A stretch of 61,939 bases of DNA, filler included. It is 2 parts of 2 records of this genome, joined end to end, with 100 filler letters (N's around TTAATTAATTAA, not from the genome) between each part and the next. Parts side by side here need not be neighbours in the genome. Positions count along the whole stretch, not along the records: positions 1 to 29,958 come from SRR20825006_2640; 1 more part is not named here. One strand, given 5' to 3'. Both the position numbers and the translations under genes were made by a program. The notes under the pieces were generated by a model, which searched no databases, was not told the DNA's origin, and was given only the letters and a program-made list of their open reading frames with translations. Shown one piece after another: positions 12,101 to 23,525 of this stretch (position 1 is the first letter of the stretch; each line of letters begins with the position of its first letter).

Positions 12101-12156
12101 AAACACACCAACCCAAATAAAATCGCAAATACTCTAATGAGTCCTTTATTTTGCAT
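9142..12156 (-). CDS. secDF: Protein translocase subunit SecDF (fused)
   Basis: GLDLKGG, RIDKFGV, LTLPGIAG, DANVLIFERI, GYSLNDTVVVFDRIRE. Confidence 0.97.
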   Translation of the reverse strand: MQNKGLIRVFAILFGLVCLYQLSFTYFTNQTEEKASAYAAEQVDTTVEDYVDKRGEVERRYLDSIGNDPIALGITYNDAKEKELNKGLDLKGGMNAILEISVADILRGLSNNSTDPAFNQALDQAAETQKNSQNSFLEDFFDAFEAIPGDNKLASPDIFANTTLGEKVNFNMTNDEVEPILAQEVEESINSAFEVLRNRIDKFGVTQPNIQRLDNQSRILIELPGATDIERVKFQLESTAQLEFYKTHYASNVAPYLLQVNAELKELVAPAEEEEAVAEVDSTESTDDSIEDLLASEEDSISPAQANNPLFEVFSFNPAIQQYAQAPIIGYAQVKDTATINRYFSMPEIVRLRPQELRFAKFRWGITEAETDVVPLYALQSDRSGAPAMDGDVVQDSRQQYTQAGQPSVGIDFEGQGPGQWAKLTGEVATEGNAIAIVLDGTVYSAATAKAEISGGATEISGSFTVTEAQDLANVLKAGKLPASAKIISYDVVGPSLGQEAINSGLMSFVIALVLVLVWMVFYYGKAGLFADVALAVNILFIFGILAGLGAVLTLPGIAGIVLTIGMSVDANVLIFERIKEEIARGKSQKDAIKDGFSNALSSILDANITTFLTALILFLFGTGPIQGFATTLMIGIGTSLFTAIFVTRLFIDGYGKNGKSLDFCTGATRNLFTNFNKDFLAKRKVAYIISGVLIIVSLVSLFTNGLDQGVDFVGGRNYTIRFENPVNATEVEQKLIAELESAQAKTYGEANQLKVTTKYRIEEEASEVDEDIQQRLYTALQEYLPADLTLAQFVKGGSSDDKVGILEYNKVGPTIADDIKKDSFWAVLGSLVVVFLYILLRFRRWQFSLGAVAAVFHDVLIVLGIFSLTYQFMPFNMEIDQSFIAAILTVIGYSLNDTVVVFDRIREYMKEYGTSRKMGIIINQAINSTISRTLNTSMTTLIVLLAIFIFGGASIMGFMFALIVGVLVGTYSSIFIATPVMFDTIQKKALKPEKQKEEEEPVA

Positions 12157-12216
12157 TACTCTTTAATATTTATTTAATTCTTCCCAAACCTTTTTCAGGC
12201 GATTTTGTAAAACGTG

Positions 12217-12224
12217 CAAATATA
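12217..12224 (-). promoter_or_regulatory. Bacteroidota -7 element upstream of secDF
   Basis: TATATTTG on the minus strand. Confidence 0.6.
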
Positions 12225-12546
12225 GGGTTTCAACATAGAAATGCCAATAAATATCTTTTTGATTTCTTTAACCTTTTAAAACACTGCCTTTTAGTGCATT
12301 AAGTGTAAAATTCATCCTAAACTAAGCTGCTTTAACAAACTGAAATTAAACAGAATAACCGTTATAACAGATTAGCTCTACTAACGCACCAAAGCCTTTT
12401 TTAAAGCTTTCTTCGGAATGATAAAATGCTACTACTTAAACCCTATTGATCTAATACAGAATAGCGTAGGAATTTACACGGTCGATCCTAAAATATAACC
12501 CATCCCACAGAAAGACTCAGAGATTAAAACTTTCGGTGGTGTCAAT

Positions 12547-12579
12547 AAAAAAGCGCCATCCTAGTGAATGGCGCTTTTT
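12547..12579 (-). terminator. Terminator after mdh
   Basis: AAAAAAGCGCCAT...ATGGCGCTTTTT. Confidence 0.85.
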
Positions 12580-12602
12580 AAATTATAAAACAGCTATTCG
12601 AA

Positions 12603-13529
12603 TTATAGCTCTAACAATCCGTTTGTTTTCTTAACTGCAGCTGCACTTTCTTGAAGTTTCGCTTTTTCAGCATCAGAAAGATCTACAGGAACAATTTTTT
12701 CGATTCCGTCTTTACCAAGAATTACCGGTACTCCGATGCAGATATCGTCAAGATCATATTCACCTTCTAATAAAGCCGAACATGGGAACATTTTTTTCTG
12801 ATCACAAGCAATAGCTTGAACAAGTCCGGAAACCGCAGCACCCGGCGCATACCAAGCAGAAGTACCTAATAATTTAGTAAGCGTCGCGCCACCTACTTTA
12901 GTATCTTCCATTACTTGATTTAGGCGATCTTCTGCTAAAAATTCAGAAGCTAAAACGCTATTACGAGTAGCCAAACGCGTTAACGGAATCATTCCGGTAT
13001 CACTATGACCGCCAATTACCATACCGTCAACATCAGAGATAGGACACTCTAGAGCTTCAGCTAAACGATACTTAAAACGTGCACTATCAAGCGCTCCACC
13101 CATTCCTATAATTTTATTTTTAGGAAGTCCGGTAGTTTTGTGTACCAAATACGTCATTGTATCCATTGGGTTACTCACTACGATAATGGTCACATCTGGA
13201 GAATACTTGATCAAGTTTGAAGAAACATCTTTTACGATCCCGGCGTTGATACCTATCAATTCTTCACGTGTCATACCCGGCTTACGAGGGATACCACTAG
13301 TGATTACAGCAATATCACTTCCTGCTGTTTTAGAATAATCTCCGGTAGTACCGGTTATGCGTGTATCAAAAGCGTTTAAAGAAGCAGTCTGCATCAAATC
13401 CATCGCTTTTCCTTCAGCAAAACCTTCTTTGATATCGAGAAGTATTACATCAGACGCAAAATTTTTCATCGCAATATACTCGGCACAACTTGCACCAACA
13501 GCTCCTGCTCCTACTACGGTAACTTTCAT
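12603..13529 (-). CDS. mdh: Malate dehydrogenase (LDH-like type)
   Basis: GAGAVG, GIPRKPGMTREEL, VSNPMD, LDSARF, GGHSD. Confidence 0.96.
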   Translation of the reverse strand: MKVTVVGAGAVGASCAEYIAMKNFASDVILLDIKEGFAEGKAMDLMQTASLNAFDTRITGTTGDYSKTAGSDIAVITSGIPRKPGMTREELIGINAGIVKDVSSNLIKYSPDVTIIVVSNPMDTMTYLVHKTTGLPKNKIIGMGGALDSARFKYRLAEALECPISDVDGMVIGGHSDTGMIPLTRLATRNSVLASEFLAEDRLNQVMEDTKVGGATLTKLLGTSAWYAPGAAVSGLVQAIACDQKKMFPCSALLEGEYDLDDICIGVPVILGKDGIEKIVPVDLSDAEKAKLQESAAAVKKTNGLLEL

Positions 13530-13775
13530 GGGTATGTATTTAAAAATGTTATTAATTAAGTTTAAAAAAATAGCGATAACCTGCGTTATCGATTGCGGCT
13601 TTAAAATTACGACTTCATTTAGTCTTTTAAGACTCTTAAAGCTTAAAATTAGGTTATGATTTTTATATACGACGCCTTCCTCATGTTTTTAAGACTTTAG
13701 ACCACAAAAGAGCCACTTTTAAGCAAAAAGCATTAAAAGTGGCTTAGGCAACATTTGAAAAAGCGGTAAACTATC

Positions 13776-14780
13776 TTATCTAAAACTAAATGCGATCCCC
13801 GCACTTAGATTACTATATTCTTGAACCGTATAATCTGCATAAATTTTAAAGAACGCCAGATTTAATCGAGCACCCAAAGAAGCTCGTACACTTGACGGAC
13901 TGTAAGATAGTGCTATAGGATCAACCAAAGTAGTCGTTTCGGTACCTGCATTGTATTCTACAGTATACGTACCCAACACGTTTAATTCAGATTTTCCGCC
14001 GGTATAACCTAAACCTCCATAGATTGAAATAAACGGAAAATCTAACGAGGCTATTCCCTGTACTGTATAAGAGTTAAGTTTAAATTCTGCTGCTTGCCCG
14101 GTACCGTCTATAGAAGAACCGTCCTCAATATCATAATCCACATTCATTGTGGTAAAGGCACCTAATAGAGAAACATTTAGCGGCAGCTTATCTAGAGGCC
14201 CTAGATATTGCATCAAATTATGCTTAAGTCCAACCCCAAACAAACTTCCTTTTACATCGTCACTACCAACTTTAGGAGTCGCCCTGACCATTAAATCAGT
14301 ATCATAAACTAATCCTACACTAGCCTGCAGCGTTGGCGCAGGCATTGCATTTAAAGGCAAATCGTCTTTTACACCTTCGGGCATGGTAAAAGTCCCGGTG
14401 TCACCATCTTGAGTAACCACTGTAACTTCAGCAGGTGTCCCATTGCCGGCAACAGTAGGAGTAACTCCCGGTGAGGCTGTGATCGTATTTTCAAAATTCA
14501 AATCAGCAAAAGCAAACATTTCTTTTTCTGATGGAACCATTGCTGCATTCACACCTATTGTAATGTCAAAACCTAGTTTTTTATGCGTTTTTGCGGTATG
14601 ATACCACCCGCCAGACATACTGTAAACAAGACCTTCCATTGCAGGCGCGATATAGGCCCCCATTAATGTATTGGCATCTGCTGCTCCAGCAGTGATCACA
14701 GCTTCAAAGCCGTCATCATCTTGCGCAAACAGATTTATTGATGCTAAAACGGAAAAACAAATGAGTATTCTTTTTTTCAT
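13776..14780 (-). CDS. Secreted, probable outer-membrane beta-barrel protein (DUF6588-like)
   Basis: Signal peptide, GWYHTAKTHKKLGFD motif, beta-strand C-terminus ending AFSFR. Confidence 0.7.
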   Translation of the reverse strand: MKKRILICFSVLASINLFAQDDDGFEAVITAGAADANTLMGAYIAPAMEGLVYSMSGGWYHTAKTHKKLGFDITIGVNAAMVPSEKEMFAFADLNFENTITASPGVTPTVAGNGTPAEVTVVTQDGDTGTFTMPEGVKDDLPLNAMPAPTLQASVGLVYDTDLMVRATPKVGSDDVKGSLFGVGLKHNLMQYLGPLDKLPLNVSLLGAFTTMNVDYDIEDGSSIDGTGQAAEFKLNSYTVQGIASLDFPFISIYGGLGYTGGKSELNVLGTYTVEYNAGTETTTLVDPIALSYSPSSVRASLGARLNLAFFKIYADYTVQEYSNLSAGIAFSFR

Positions 14781-14854
14781 AATTGAATTGATTTGGTTTA
14801 CTCAAAAATAACAAAACCCTGATAACCAATAGCCTTATGCTTTAAAAATGACAC

Positions 14855-14886
14855 AAAAAAAGCCTACTCCAAAAGAAGCAGGCTTT
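14855..14886 (-). terminator. Terminator after gyrB
   Basis: AAAAAAAGCCT...AGGCTTT hairpin. Confidence 0.7.
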
Positions 14887-14913
14887 ATAAACAAGTAATT
14901 AACCGATTACTTT

Positions 14914-16860
<1,947 letters not shown>

Positions 16861-16945
16861 TTATTAAGTTAATCTCAAATCTAAAAAAGCAGCAACTTTT
16901 TAGCCGCTTTAAGAACACTTTTAAGCAGTGTTTATAGATAGCTAA

Positions 16946-16953
16946 CAAATATA
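16946..16953 (-). promoter_or_regulatory. Bacteroidota -7 element upstream of gyrB
   Basis: TATATTTG on the minus strand. Confidence 0.55.
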
Positions 16954-17079
16954 AAAAAAGGCGCTGCAATACGCTTGTAAATGACCAACCAAAGATTTGA
17001 AGTTATCAACAAATTGTGAAAAAATCACAGCTAAAATCAAGGATTCTAAATGAAGTAGAATTTAAACTAGATAAACCAT

Positions 17080-17112
17080 AAAAAAAGCGCTTTCTTCAAT
17101 AAAGAAAGCGCT
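17080..17112 (-). terminator. Terminator after asnB
   Basis: AAAAAAAGCGCTTTCTT...AAGAAAGCGCT. Confidence 0.85.
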
Positions 17113-17137
17113 CTAAACTTACGTGGTATGTGGCTAG

Positions 17138-18820
17138 TTAAGCAAGTTCAGTCTTTTTGTAAGCATCACTGTGTACGTTTGCCACCGCTCTTCCTGATGG
17201 ATCATTCATATTTTTGAATGCTTCATCCCATTCTAAAGCGATTTTTGTACTACACGCTACAGAAGCTTCTTGAGGTACACTCAATGCCGCAGCATCACTT
17301 GGGAAGTGCTCTGCAAAAATGCTTCTATAGTAATACTCTTCTTTATTTGTTGGAGTCTGAATTGGGAATTTAAACTTCGCGTTAGCCAATTGCTCATCGC
17401 TAATTTTTTCGTTCACCAATTCTTTTAAGGTATCAATCCAGCTGTATCCTACACCGTCTGAAAACTGCTCTTTTTGTCTCCAAGCAACACTTTCTGGCAA
17501 GTATGATTCAAAGGCTTTACGAAGCACCCATTTTTCCATGCGCTCACCGTTGATCATTTTGTCCTGTGGGTTGATGCTCATCGCAACATCCATAAACTCT
17601 TTATCTAAGAACGGCACACGACCTTCGATTCCCCAAGCAGCTAAAGATTTGTTTGCACGTAAACAGTCGTACATATGCAGCTTGCTTAGTTTACGCACGG
17701 TTTCTTCATGAAATTCCTGAGCATTTGGCGCTTTGTGGAAGTATAGATACCCTCCAAAAACCTCATCTGCTCCTTCTCCTGAAAGCACCATTTTCACCCC
17801 CATAGATTTGATGACACGCGCCATTAAGTACATTGGCGTCGAAGCTCTAATCGTGGTAATATCATAGGTTTCTAAGTTATAGATCACGTCTTTTATAGCA
17901 TCAAGACCTTCTTGAATGGTAAACTTGATCTCGTGGTGCACCGTACCAATATGATCTGCAACTTTTTGAGCCGCTGCTAAATCAGGCGAGCCTTCAAGAC
18001 CTACAGAAAACGAGTGTAATCTAGGCCACCAAGCGCCGTCTGTATCACCGGACTCAATACGCTTTTCTGCATATTTTTTTGCTACTGCTGAAGTAATAGA
18101 AGAATCTAAACCTCCTGAAAGCAATACTCCGTAAGGAACATCAGACATTAGTTGGCGATGAACTGCAGCCTCTAAAGCTTCTCTCAACTTTTCGATACTG
18201 GTCTCGTTTTCTTTTACTGCATCATATTCCATCCATTCTCGAGAATACCATCTTTTTAACTCCCCATCTGAGCTGTGTAAATAATGTCCCGGAGGGAATA
18301 ATTCAATTTTTGTACAGGTTCCTTCTAACGCTTTTAATTCTGAAGCTACGTAGAAGGTTCCGTGCTGATCCCATCCCATATAAAGCGGAATAACCCCCAT
18401 ATGATCACGGGCTACGAAATACTCATCTTTTTCAGCGTCATAAAGTGAAAAAGCAAAAATTCCGTTGAGCTTATCTACAAAGCCAGGTCCTTCTTCTTGG
18501 TAAAGCGCTAAAATAACCTCACAATCAGACTGTGTTTTAAAATCATACTGACCTTTAAGTTGTTTGCGCAACTCTTGATGGTTATAGATCTCACCATTAG
18601 CGGCAAGAATTAATTTTCCATCAGGGCTCAATAAAGGTTGTTTTCCTGATGCAGGGTCAACTATAGATAAACGCTCGTGTGCCAGAATAGCTTTTTCATC
18701 ACTATACACTCCATTCCAATCCGGTCCACGATGACGTATTTTTTTAGACATTTCTAAAAGCTGTGGTCTTAAAACCTCAGCCGGTTGTTTCAATTCATAG
18801 GCACATACTATCCCACACAT
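17138..18820 (-). CDS. asnB: Asparagine synthase B (glutamine-hydrolysing)
   Basis: N-terminal MCGI, HRGPD, NGEIYNH, LSGGLDSS, GEGADE. Confidence 0.98.
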   Translation of the reverse strand: MCGIVCAYELKQPAEVLRPQLLEMSKKIRHRGPDWNGVYSDEKAILAHERLSIVDPASGKQPLLSPDGKLILAANGEIYNHQELRKQLKGQYDFKTQSDCEVILALYQEEGPGFVDKLNGIFAFSLYDAEKDEYFVARDHMGVIPLYMGWDQHGTFYVASELKALEGTCTKIELFPPGHYLHSSDGELKRWYSREWMEYDAVKENETSIEKLREALEAAVHRQLMSDVPYGVLLSGGLDSSITSAVAKKYAEKRIESGDTDGAWWPRLHSFSVGLEGSPDLAAAQKVADHIGTVHHEIKFTIQEGLDAIKDVIYNLETYDITTIRASTPMYLMARVIKSMGVKMVLSGEGADEVFGGYLYFHKAPNAQEFHEETVRKLSKLHMYDCLRANKSLAAWGIEGRVPFLDKEFMDVAMSINPQDKMINGERMEKWVLRKAFESYLPESVAWRQKEQFSDGVGYSWIDTLKELVNEKISDEQLANAKFKFPIQTPTNKEEYYYRSIFAEHFPSDAAALSVPQEASVACSTKIALEWDEAFKNMNDPSGRAVANVHSDAYKKTELA

Positions 18821-19177
18821 AATCGTATTGTTTTAATTTGATGGTTCAAAGATGTAATTTACATTTTGATTCGCAAACAAAAAACAAGCATATGCTTACA
18901 TATGTAAACTTTAAAAATGCTATTTATTACAAAAGAAAACTTTCAGCATAAAATATATAGTCAAATTTTATAAAGTGATAAGAACAGGAAATCACTCGCA
19001 ACAATCGTAGTTGATTTGAGTAATTACTGGGGTTTGAAGATTTGGAATACTTCTTGAACGCTATTAAATACAAAATTACTTGTGGTACATTCTTTTAAGA
19101 TTCGCTTAACATTTACAGGTTTTACCGCATTGTACATTTGTATAAAATTTTGACTTTCAACATTAAAAACAACATTT

Positions 19178-19732
19178 ATGAAATCCCTAATAATAGGTAG
19201 TTTTCTACTTAGCTTCTTAATTTTTGGCAATGACGTAAACGCACAAAAATTTAGCGAACTCGACAAAAGTCCGCTTGATATTGCAATGTTTCGCGCCCAA
19301 GACAAAACTCCTCGTGTACGCGTGATCTACAGCCGTCCTCAGAAAAAAGGACGTGACGTTTTTGCTACTAAAGACGGGCTAGAAAAATATGGTGAGGTAT
19401 GGAGAACCGGCGCCAATGAATCTACCGAAATTAAATTCTACAAGGAAATGATGGTTGGTGATACTAAAGTTCCTGCAGGAACTTACACATTGTTTACGAT
19501 CCCAACTGAAGATGAGTGGACGGTGATTTTAAACAAAGACTTGGACACTTGGGGCGCTTATGGATATAAAGAAGAACGCGACCTAGTGCGTTTTACGACT
19601 CCGGCTCATAAAACTGCTGCTCCTATTGAATCTTTCTCAATCTCTTTTCAACCTACTGAAAATGGATCAGATATGTTTTTAGGTTGGGATGATATGTACA
19701 TCCAAGTACCTATTGAAGAAGTAGAAATGTAA
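19178..19732 (+). CDS. DUF2911-family secreted protein
   Basis: YSRPQKKGR, YGEVWRTGANE, GTYTLFTIP. Confidence 0.9.
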   Translation: MKSLIIGSFLLSFLIFGNDVNAQKFSELDKSPLDIAMFRAQDKTPRVRVIYSRPQKKGRDVFATKDGLEKYGEVWRTGANESTEIKFYKEMMVGDTKVPAGTYTLFTIPTEDEWTVILNKDLDTWGAYGYKEERDLVRFTTPAHKTAAPIESFSISFQPTENGSDMFLGWDDMYIQVPIEEVEM

Positions 19733-19750
19733 TTTTCAAAATACAGTATT

Positions 19751-19781
19751 AAAAAAGGCTTCCAAATTGGAAGCCTTTTTT
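19751..19781. terminator. Bidirectional terminator
   Basis: AAAAAAGGCTTCCAA-TTGGAAGCCTTTTTT. Confidence 0.9.
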
Positions 19782-19863
19782 ATGGGTTCTACTCAAATTT
19801 GCAAGACCTTAAAGCAAGTATTGAAGAAATAAAACCTCCGTCTACCGATGCTTAAAAAATCTA

Positions 19864-20496
19864 CTAAGGTATATTTAAATATTTATGTGTCTGTAAACTC
19901 ACTCTCCATTTAGTGTTAGCCATTACATAATCTACAATTAAGGGTGTCATTTTTTCGCGAACGCTCCATTCTGGTTGTAAAAAAAGTTTGCAATTACCAT
20001 TTACCTTGGCGGCATGTTCTTCCGCGAATGCGAAATCGCTTTTATTGTAAATGATCACTTTTAGTTCGTGAGCTTCCTCATAAATACGAGGTTTAGGCAA
20101 CATACGCTTCTTAGGAGAAAGGCAAATCCAATCCCAATGTCCTGTAAGTTCGTACGCTCCTGAGGTTTCTATGTGCACCTGCAAACCTTCATCTTTCAAC
20201 ATACCAGTAAGGTGATTCATATCCCACATAAGAGGTTCGCCTCCCGTAATCACAATTGTCTTGCTGTATTTTTTTGCATTTGCTACGATCGCGGCAGCTT
20301 CAGTAGGCGGGTGTATCGCCGCATCCCAACTTTCTTTCACATCACACCAATGGCAACCTACATCACAACCACCTACACGTATAAAATATGCAGGAGTACC
20401 GGTATGGTAACCCTCACCTTGAATGGTATAAAACTCTTCCATTAACGGAAGTAACTCTCCCAGCTCTACCCGGGTTGCTGTCGCCTCTTTTGTCAT
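19864..20496 (-). CDS. queE: 7-carboxy-7-deazaguanine synthase (radical SAM)
   Basis: EEFYTIQGEG, CDVGCHWCD, TGGEP, SLQTHK; ATG 20496 lies just downstream of a TATCTTTG element at 20503-20510. Confidence 0.92.
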   Translation of the reverse strand: MTKEATATRVELGELLPLMEEFYTIQGEGYHTGTPAYFIRVGGCDVGCHWCDVKESWDAAIHPPTEAAAIVANAKKYSKTIVITGGEPLMWDMNHLTGMLKDEGLQVHIETSGAYELTGHWDWICLSPKKRMLPKPRIYEEAHELKVIIYNKSDFAFAEEHAAKVNGNCKLFLQPEWSVREKMTPLIVDYVMANTKWRVSLQTHKYLNIP

Positions 20497-20650
20497 AGGG
20501 CGCAAAGATACGCCGCATTAAAATCGTTACCAAAGCCTAACAACCTTATTTTAAAGAGGACCGAAACACGCCACAAACTGTTAAAAATTAACTATTGCAA
20601 GTCGGTTTGATTTTGGCATTAATCCTTATTTTTAGTCCAAATTTTTAGCG

Positions 20651-22174
20651 ATGAGCCAGACCGAAACCTTTAAAGAACACATTATACAAGGAAACCTTTG
20701 CAAGGGAGCGTACATCACCGTGGGTGCTGCGATGCTTGACGGGCAGACGATAACCGGAGCTCACGTAAACCTTCCTTTAAAGACCCTAAACAGACACGGC
20801 TTAATTGCTGGTGCCACCGGAACCGGAAAGACCAAAACACTTCAGGTTTTAGCCGAAAATCTTTCAGAAAAAGGTGTTCCCGTGTTATTGATGGATATGA
20901 AAGGTGACCTTAGTGGTATCGCAAAAGCAAGTGAAGGTCATCCTAAAATTGATGAGCGCCACGCAAAAATTGGCCTACCCTTTGAACCAAAAGATTTTCC
21001 GGTAGAGCTACTCACCTTGTCTGAACAAAATGGAGTACGACTGCGCGCCACTGTGAGTGAATTTGGCCCGGTTCTATTCTCTAGAATTATCGATGCAACA
21101 GATGCCCAAGCCGGTATCATCGCCATCTTATTTAAATATTGTGACGACAAGAGCCTGCCTTTATTAGACCTGAAAGACTTTAAAAAAGTATTGCAGTACG
21201 CGACAGATGAAGGCAAAGAAGAAATTCAAGATCTATACGGCAGAATTTCTACTGCTTCTGCAGGCGCTATCTTAAGAAAAGTTGTTCAACTGGAGCAGCA
21301 AGGTGCAGATATCTTTTTTGGCGAAAAATCTTTTGATGTTGATGATTTGCTTCGACTGGATGACAATGGGCGAGGTAAAATAAATATCATTCGGCTTACT
21401 GATATTCAAGACAGGCCCCAACTTTTCTCAACGTTTATGCTCAGTTTGCTTGCGGAAATTTACAGCACTTTTCCTGAGCAAGGCGACAGCGATCAACCGG
21501 AACTCGTCATCTTTATAGATGAAGCGCATCTTATCTTTAAAGAAGCTTCAAAAGCTCTCCACAGCCAGATCGAAAGCATTGTAAAACTTATACGATCTAA
21601 AGGTGTTGGCTTATACTTTGTTACGCAGAACCCAACTGATGTTCCCGATGGTGTATTGAGTCAGTTAGGCTTAAAAATTCAGCATGCGCTCAGGGCTTTC
21701 ACCGCAAAGGACCGCAAGGCCATTAAGCTCACTGCCGAAAACTATCCAGATTCTGAATATTATGATACTAAAGAAGTGCTCACCGCTTTAGGTACTGGTG
21801 AAGCGCTGGTTTCGGCTCTTGATGAAAAAGGTAGACCCACACCACTTGCAGCCACAATGATGCGTGCACCAATGTCTCGAATGGATATTCTTACCGATGC
21901 TGAGATTGAAGAAATAAATCGTAAATCTGCACTCGCTCCTAAGTACAATGATACTGTAGATCGAGAAAGCGCTTATGAATTGCTAAATGCTAAAATCAAA
22001 AGGGCAGAAAGCGAAGAAGCCAAAGAAAAAGCTAAAGAAGAACGTGCAACGGTCTCTAAAAGCAGTCGTACTTCTTCCCGAAGTAACACTACTGAAAAAG
22101 CGATAATTAAAGTGCTTACCAGCGCCACAGTAATACGCGGTGTTCTGGGCATTTTAGGAAAACTTATAAAATAA
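20651..22174 (+). CDS. DUF853/YjgR-type HerA-like P-loop ATPase
   Basis: NRHGLIAGATGTGKT, DMKGDLSG, FIDEAH, LIRSKGVG, TQNPTD, QHALRAFT. Confidence 0.92.
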   Translation: MSQTETFKEHIIQGNLCKGAYITVGAAMLDGQTITGAHVNLPLKTLNRHGLIAGATGTGKTKTLQVLAENLSEKGVPVLLMDMKGDLSGIAKASEGHPKIDERHAKIGLPFEPKDFPVELLTLSEQNGVRLRATVSEFGPVLFSRIIDATDAQAGIIAILFKYCDDKSLPLLDLKDFKKVLQYATDEGKEEIQDLYGRISTASAGAILRKVVQLEQQGADIFFGEKSFDVDDLLRLDDNGRGKINIIRLTDIQDRPQLFSTFMLSLLAEIYSTFPEQGDSDQPELVIFIDEAHLIFKEASKALHSQIESIVKLIRSKGVGLYFVTQNPTDVPDGVLSQLGLKIQHALRAFTAKDRKAIKLTAENYPDSEYYDTKEVLTALGTGEALVSALDEKGRPTPLAATMMRAPMSRMDILTDAEIEEINRKSALAPKYNDTVDRESAYELLNAKIKRAESEEAKEKAKEERATVSKSSRTSSRSNTTEKAIIKVLTSATVIRGVLGILGKLIK

Positions 22175-22199
22175 ACCCTAACAGAAACAAACCCTTATA

Positions 22200-22745
22200 A
22201 TGAAAAGAATATTTTTTGCAGCCATAATTACCAGTTTACTATTCACCTCTTGCGACTCAGACAGCTCTTTTAAAGTTACTGCTGATCGTGTAGGCGAACT
22301 CACTAAAGAAACGCAAGTAAGTGAACTCAAAACCATTTTTAGCAATGATAGTGTTGTGGATCAAAATTCTGGTCTAAGTGAAGAGCTAAATGTAAACGCT
22401 ATTGAGATTTATGAAAAAGGTGGAAAGCAATTATTAAGTCTAATGCCTACTAAAGATGGTAATCCAAAAACAATTAAAACTGTTCAGGTTTTTGATGAAC
22501 GCTACACTACCGAAGAAGGCATTAACCTCAACAGTACCTATAAAGACATCACCGAAGCTTATGAGATCTCAAGAATTGAGACCCTAATAAGTAGTATCGT
22601 GATTTTTGTTGATGACATCAATGCGTATTTTACTATTGATCGTGATGAGCTTCCGGGAGAGTTGCGTTTTAATATGGATGCTAAAGTTACCGGTGCTGAA
22701 ATTCCAAATGACGCCAAGATCAAATACTTTATGATCGGCTGGTAA
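22200..22745 (+). CDS. Hypothetical lipoprotein
   Basis: Lipobox LFTSC; 181-aa ORF in an operon. Confidence 0.8.
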   Translation: MKRIFFAAIITSLLFTSCDSDSSFKVTADRVGELTKETQVSELKTIFSNDSVVDQNSGLSEELNVNAIEIYEKGGKQLLSLMPTKDGNPKTIKTVQVFDERYTTEEGINLNSTYKDITEAYEISRIETLISSIVIFVDDINAYFTIDRDELPGELRFNMDAKVTGAEIPNDAKIKYFMIGW

Positions 22746-22755
22746 ATTCTAGATA

Positions 22756-23127
22756 ATGTCTGACGCTAAATACCATATTCAGAAAACTCCTTTTGTCGTA
22801 CCTACTGATGACGGTAAATACATCGGGGAACATTTTGGCAAAGCTAGTGACGGAAACACTGCTTTAAGTATCGCTCATATGATAGCACCGCCCCATTGGA
22901 GCGAACCGTTTCAAACCCCGGAATTTGATGAGTACACCTTCATCATTGAAGGAAAAAAGCAATTTTTAATTGATGATGAACCCATCATTTTAGAGGCTGG
23001 TCAATCGATAAAAATTAAAGCCGGTACGCGGGTGCAGTACAGCAATCCTTTTGACCAAAAATGTGTTTACCTATCGGTTTGTCAACCGGCATTTGATTTT
23101 ACTAAGGTGCATCGAGAAGAAGAATAA
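22756..23127 (+). CDS. Cupin-domain protein
   Basis: WSEPFQTPEFDEYT, LEAGQS, YSNPF. Confidence 0.85.
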   Translation: MSDAKYHIQKTPFVVPTDDGKYIGEHFGKASDGNTALSIAHMIAPPHWSEPFQTPEFDEYTFIIEGKKQFLIDDEPIILEAGQSIKIKAGTRVQYSNPFDQKCVYLSVCQPAFDFTKVHREEE

Positions 23128-23271
23128 TACTTTTCAACCTTTTGAAAATCAGATTAAAAATTCCAAAAATTATAAATAAGTATTAATTCTTACCTAAAGC
23201 CACGTTAATCTCAAAGCTGCCAAACGGCATTTCGACTACTTTTAAAATCTAACCTAATAAGTACAAATATT

Positions 23272-23475
23272 ATGATTAAGATTTTAGCACTAGTAATGGT
23301 AATTGGCGGCGCCATAGCATTGGTATTAGGTATTATGGGAATTTTTGGAAGTATGAGTACCGGTGTTAGTCCGTGGGCATTAGCAATTTTAGGCGGTATA
23401 TTTTTCCTTTCAGGAATTTCGCTTTTAAAGTACAGAAAAGACACTGATGTTATAGATGCCGAAAACAGACATTAA
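23272..23475 (+). CDS. Small two-TM membrane protein
   Basis: 67 aa with two hydrophobic segments. Confidence 0.7.
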   Translation: MIKILALVMVIGGAIALVLGIMGIFGSMSTGVSPWALAILGGIFFLSGISLLKYRKDTDVIDAENRH

Positions 23476-23525
23476 ATTTTACATAACCCGTATATTTGAA
23501 CCCTCTTTTAAAAGAGGGTTTTTTT

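Noticed and set aside
12157-12546. Long mdh-secDF spacer as an ncRNA
   Set aside because: It is AT-rich with only promoter-like elements; I found no convincing structure or ORF.
19864-20496. 7-deazaguanine DNA-modification island (queE plus folE)
   Set aside because: The genes are far apart in housekeeping context with no dpdA-like gene, which fits ordinary queuosine and folate synthesis.
20651-22174. HerA-based anti-phage system
   Set aside because: Motifs match the widespread DUF853/YjgR family, and no Sir2, NurA or nuclease partner is adjacent.
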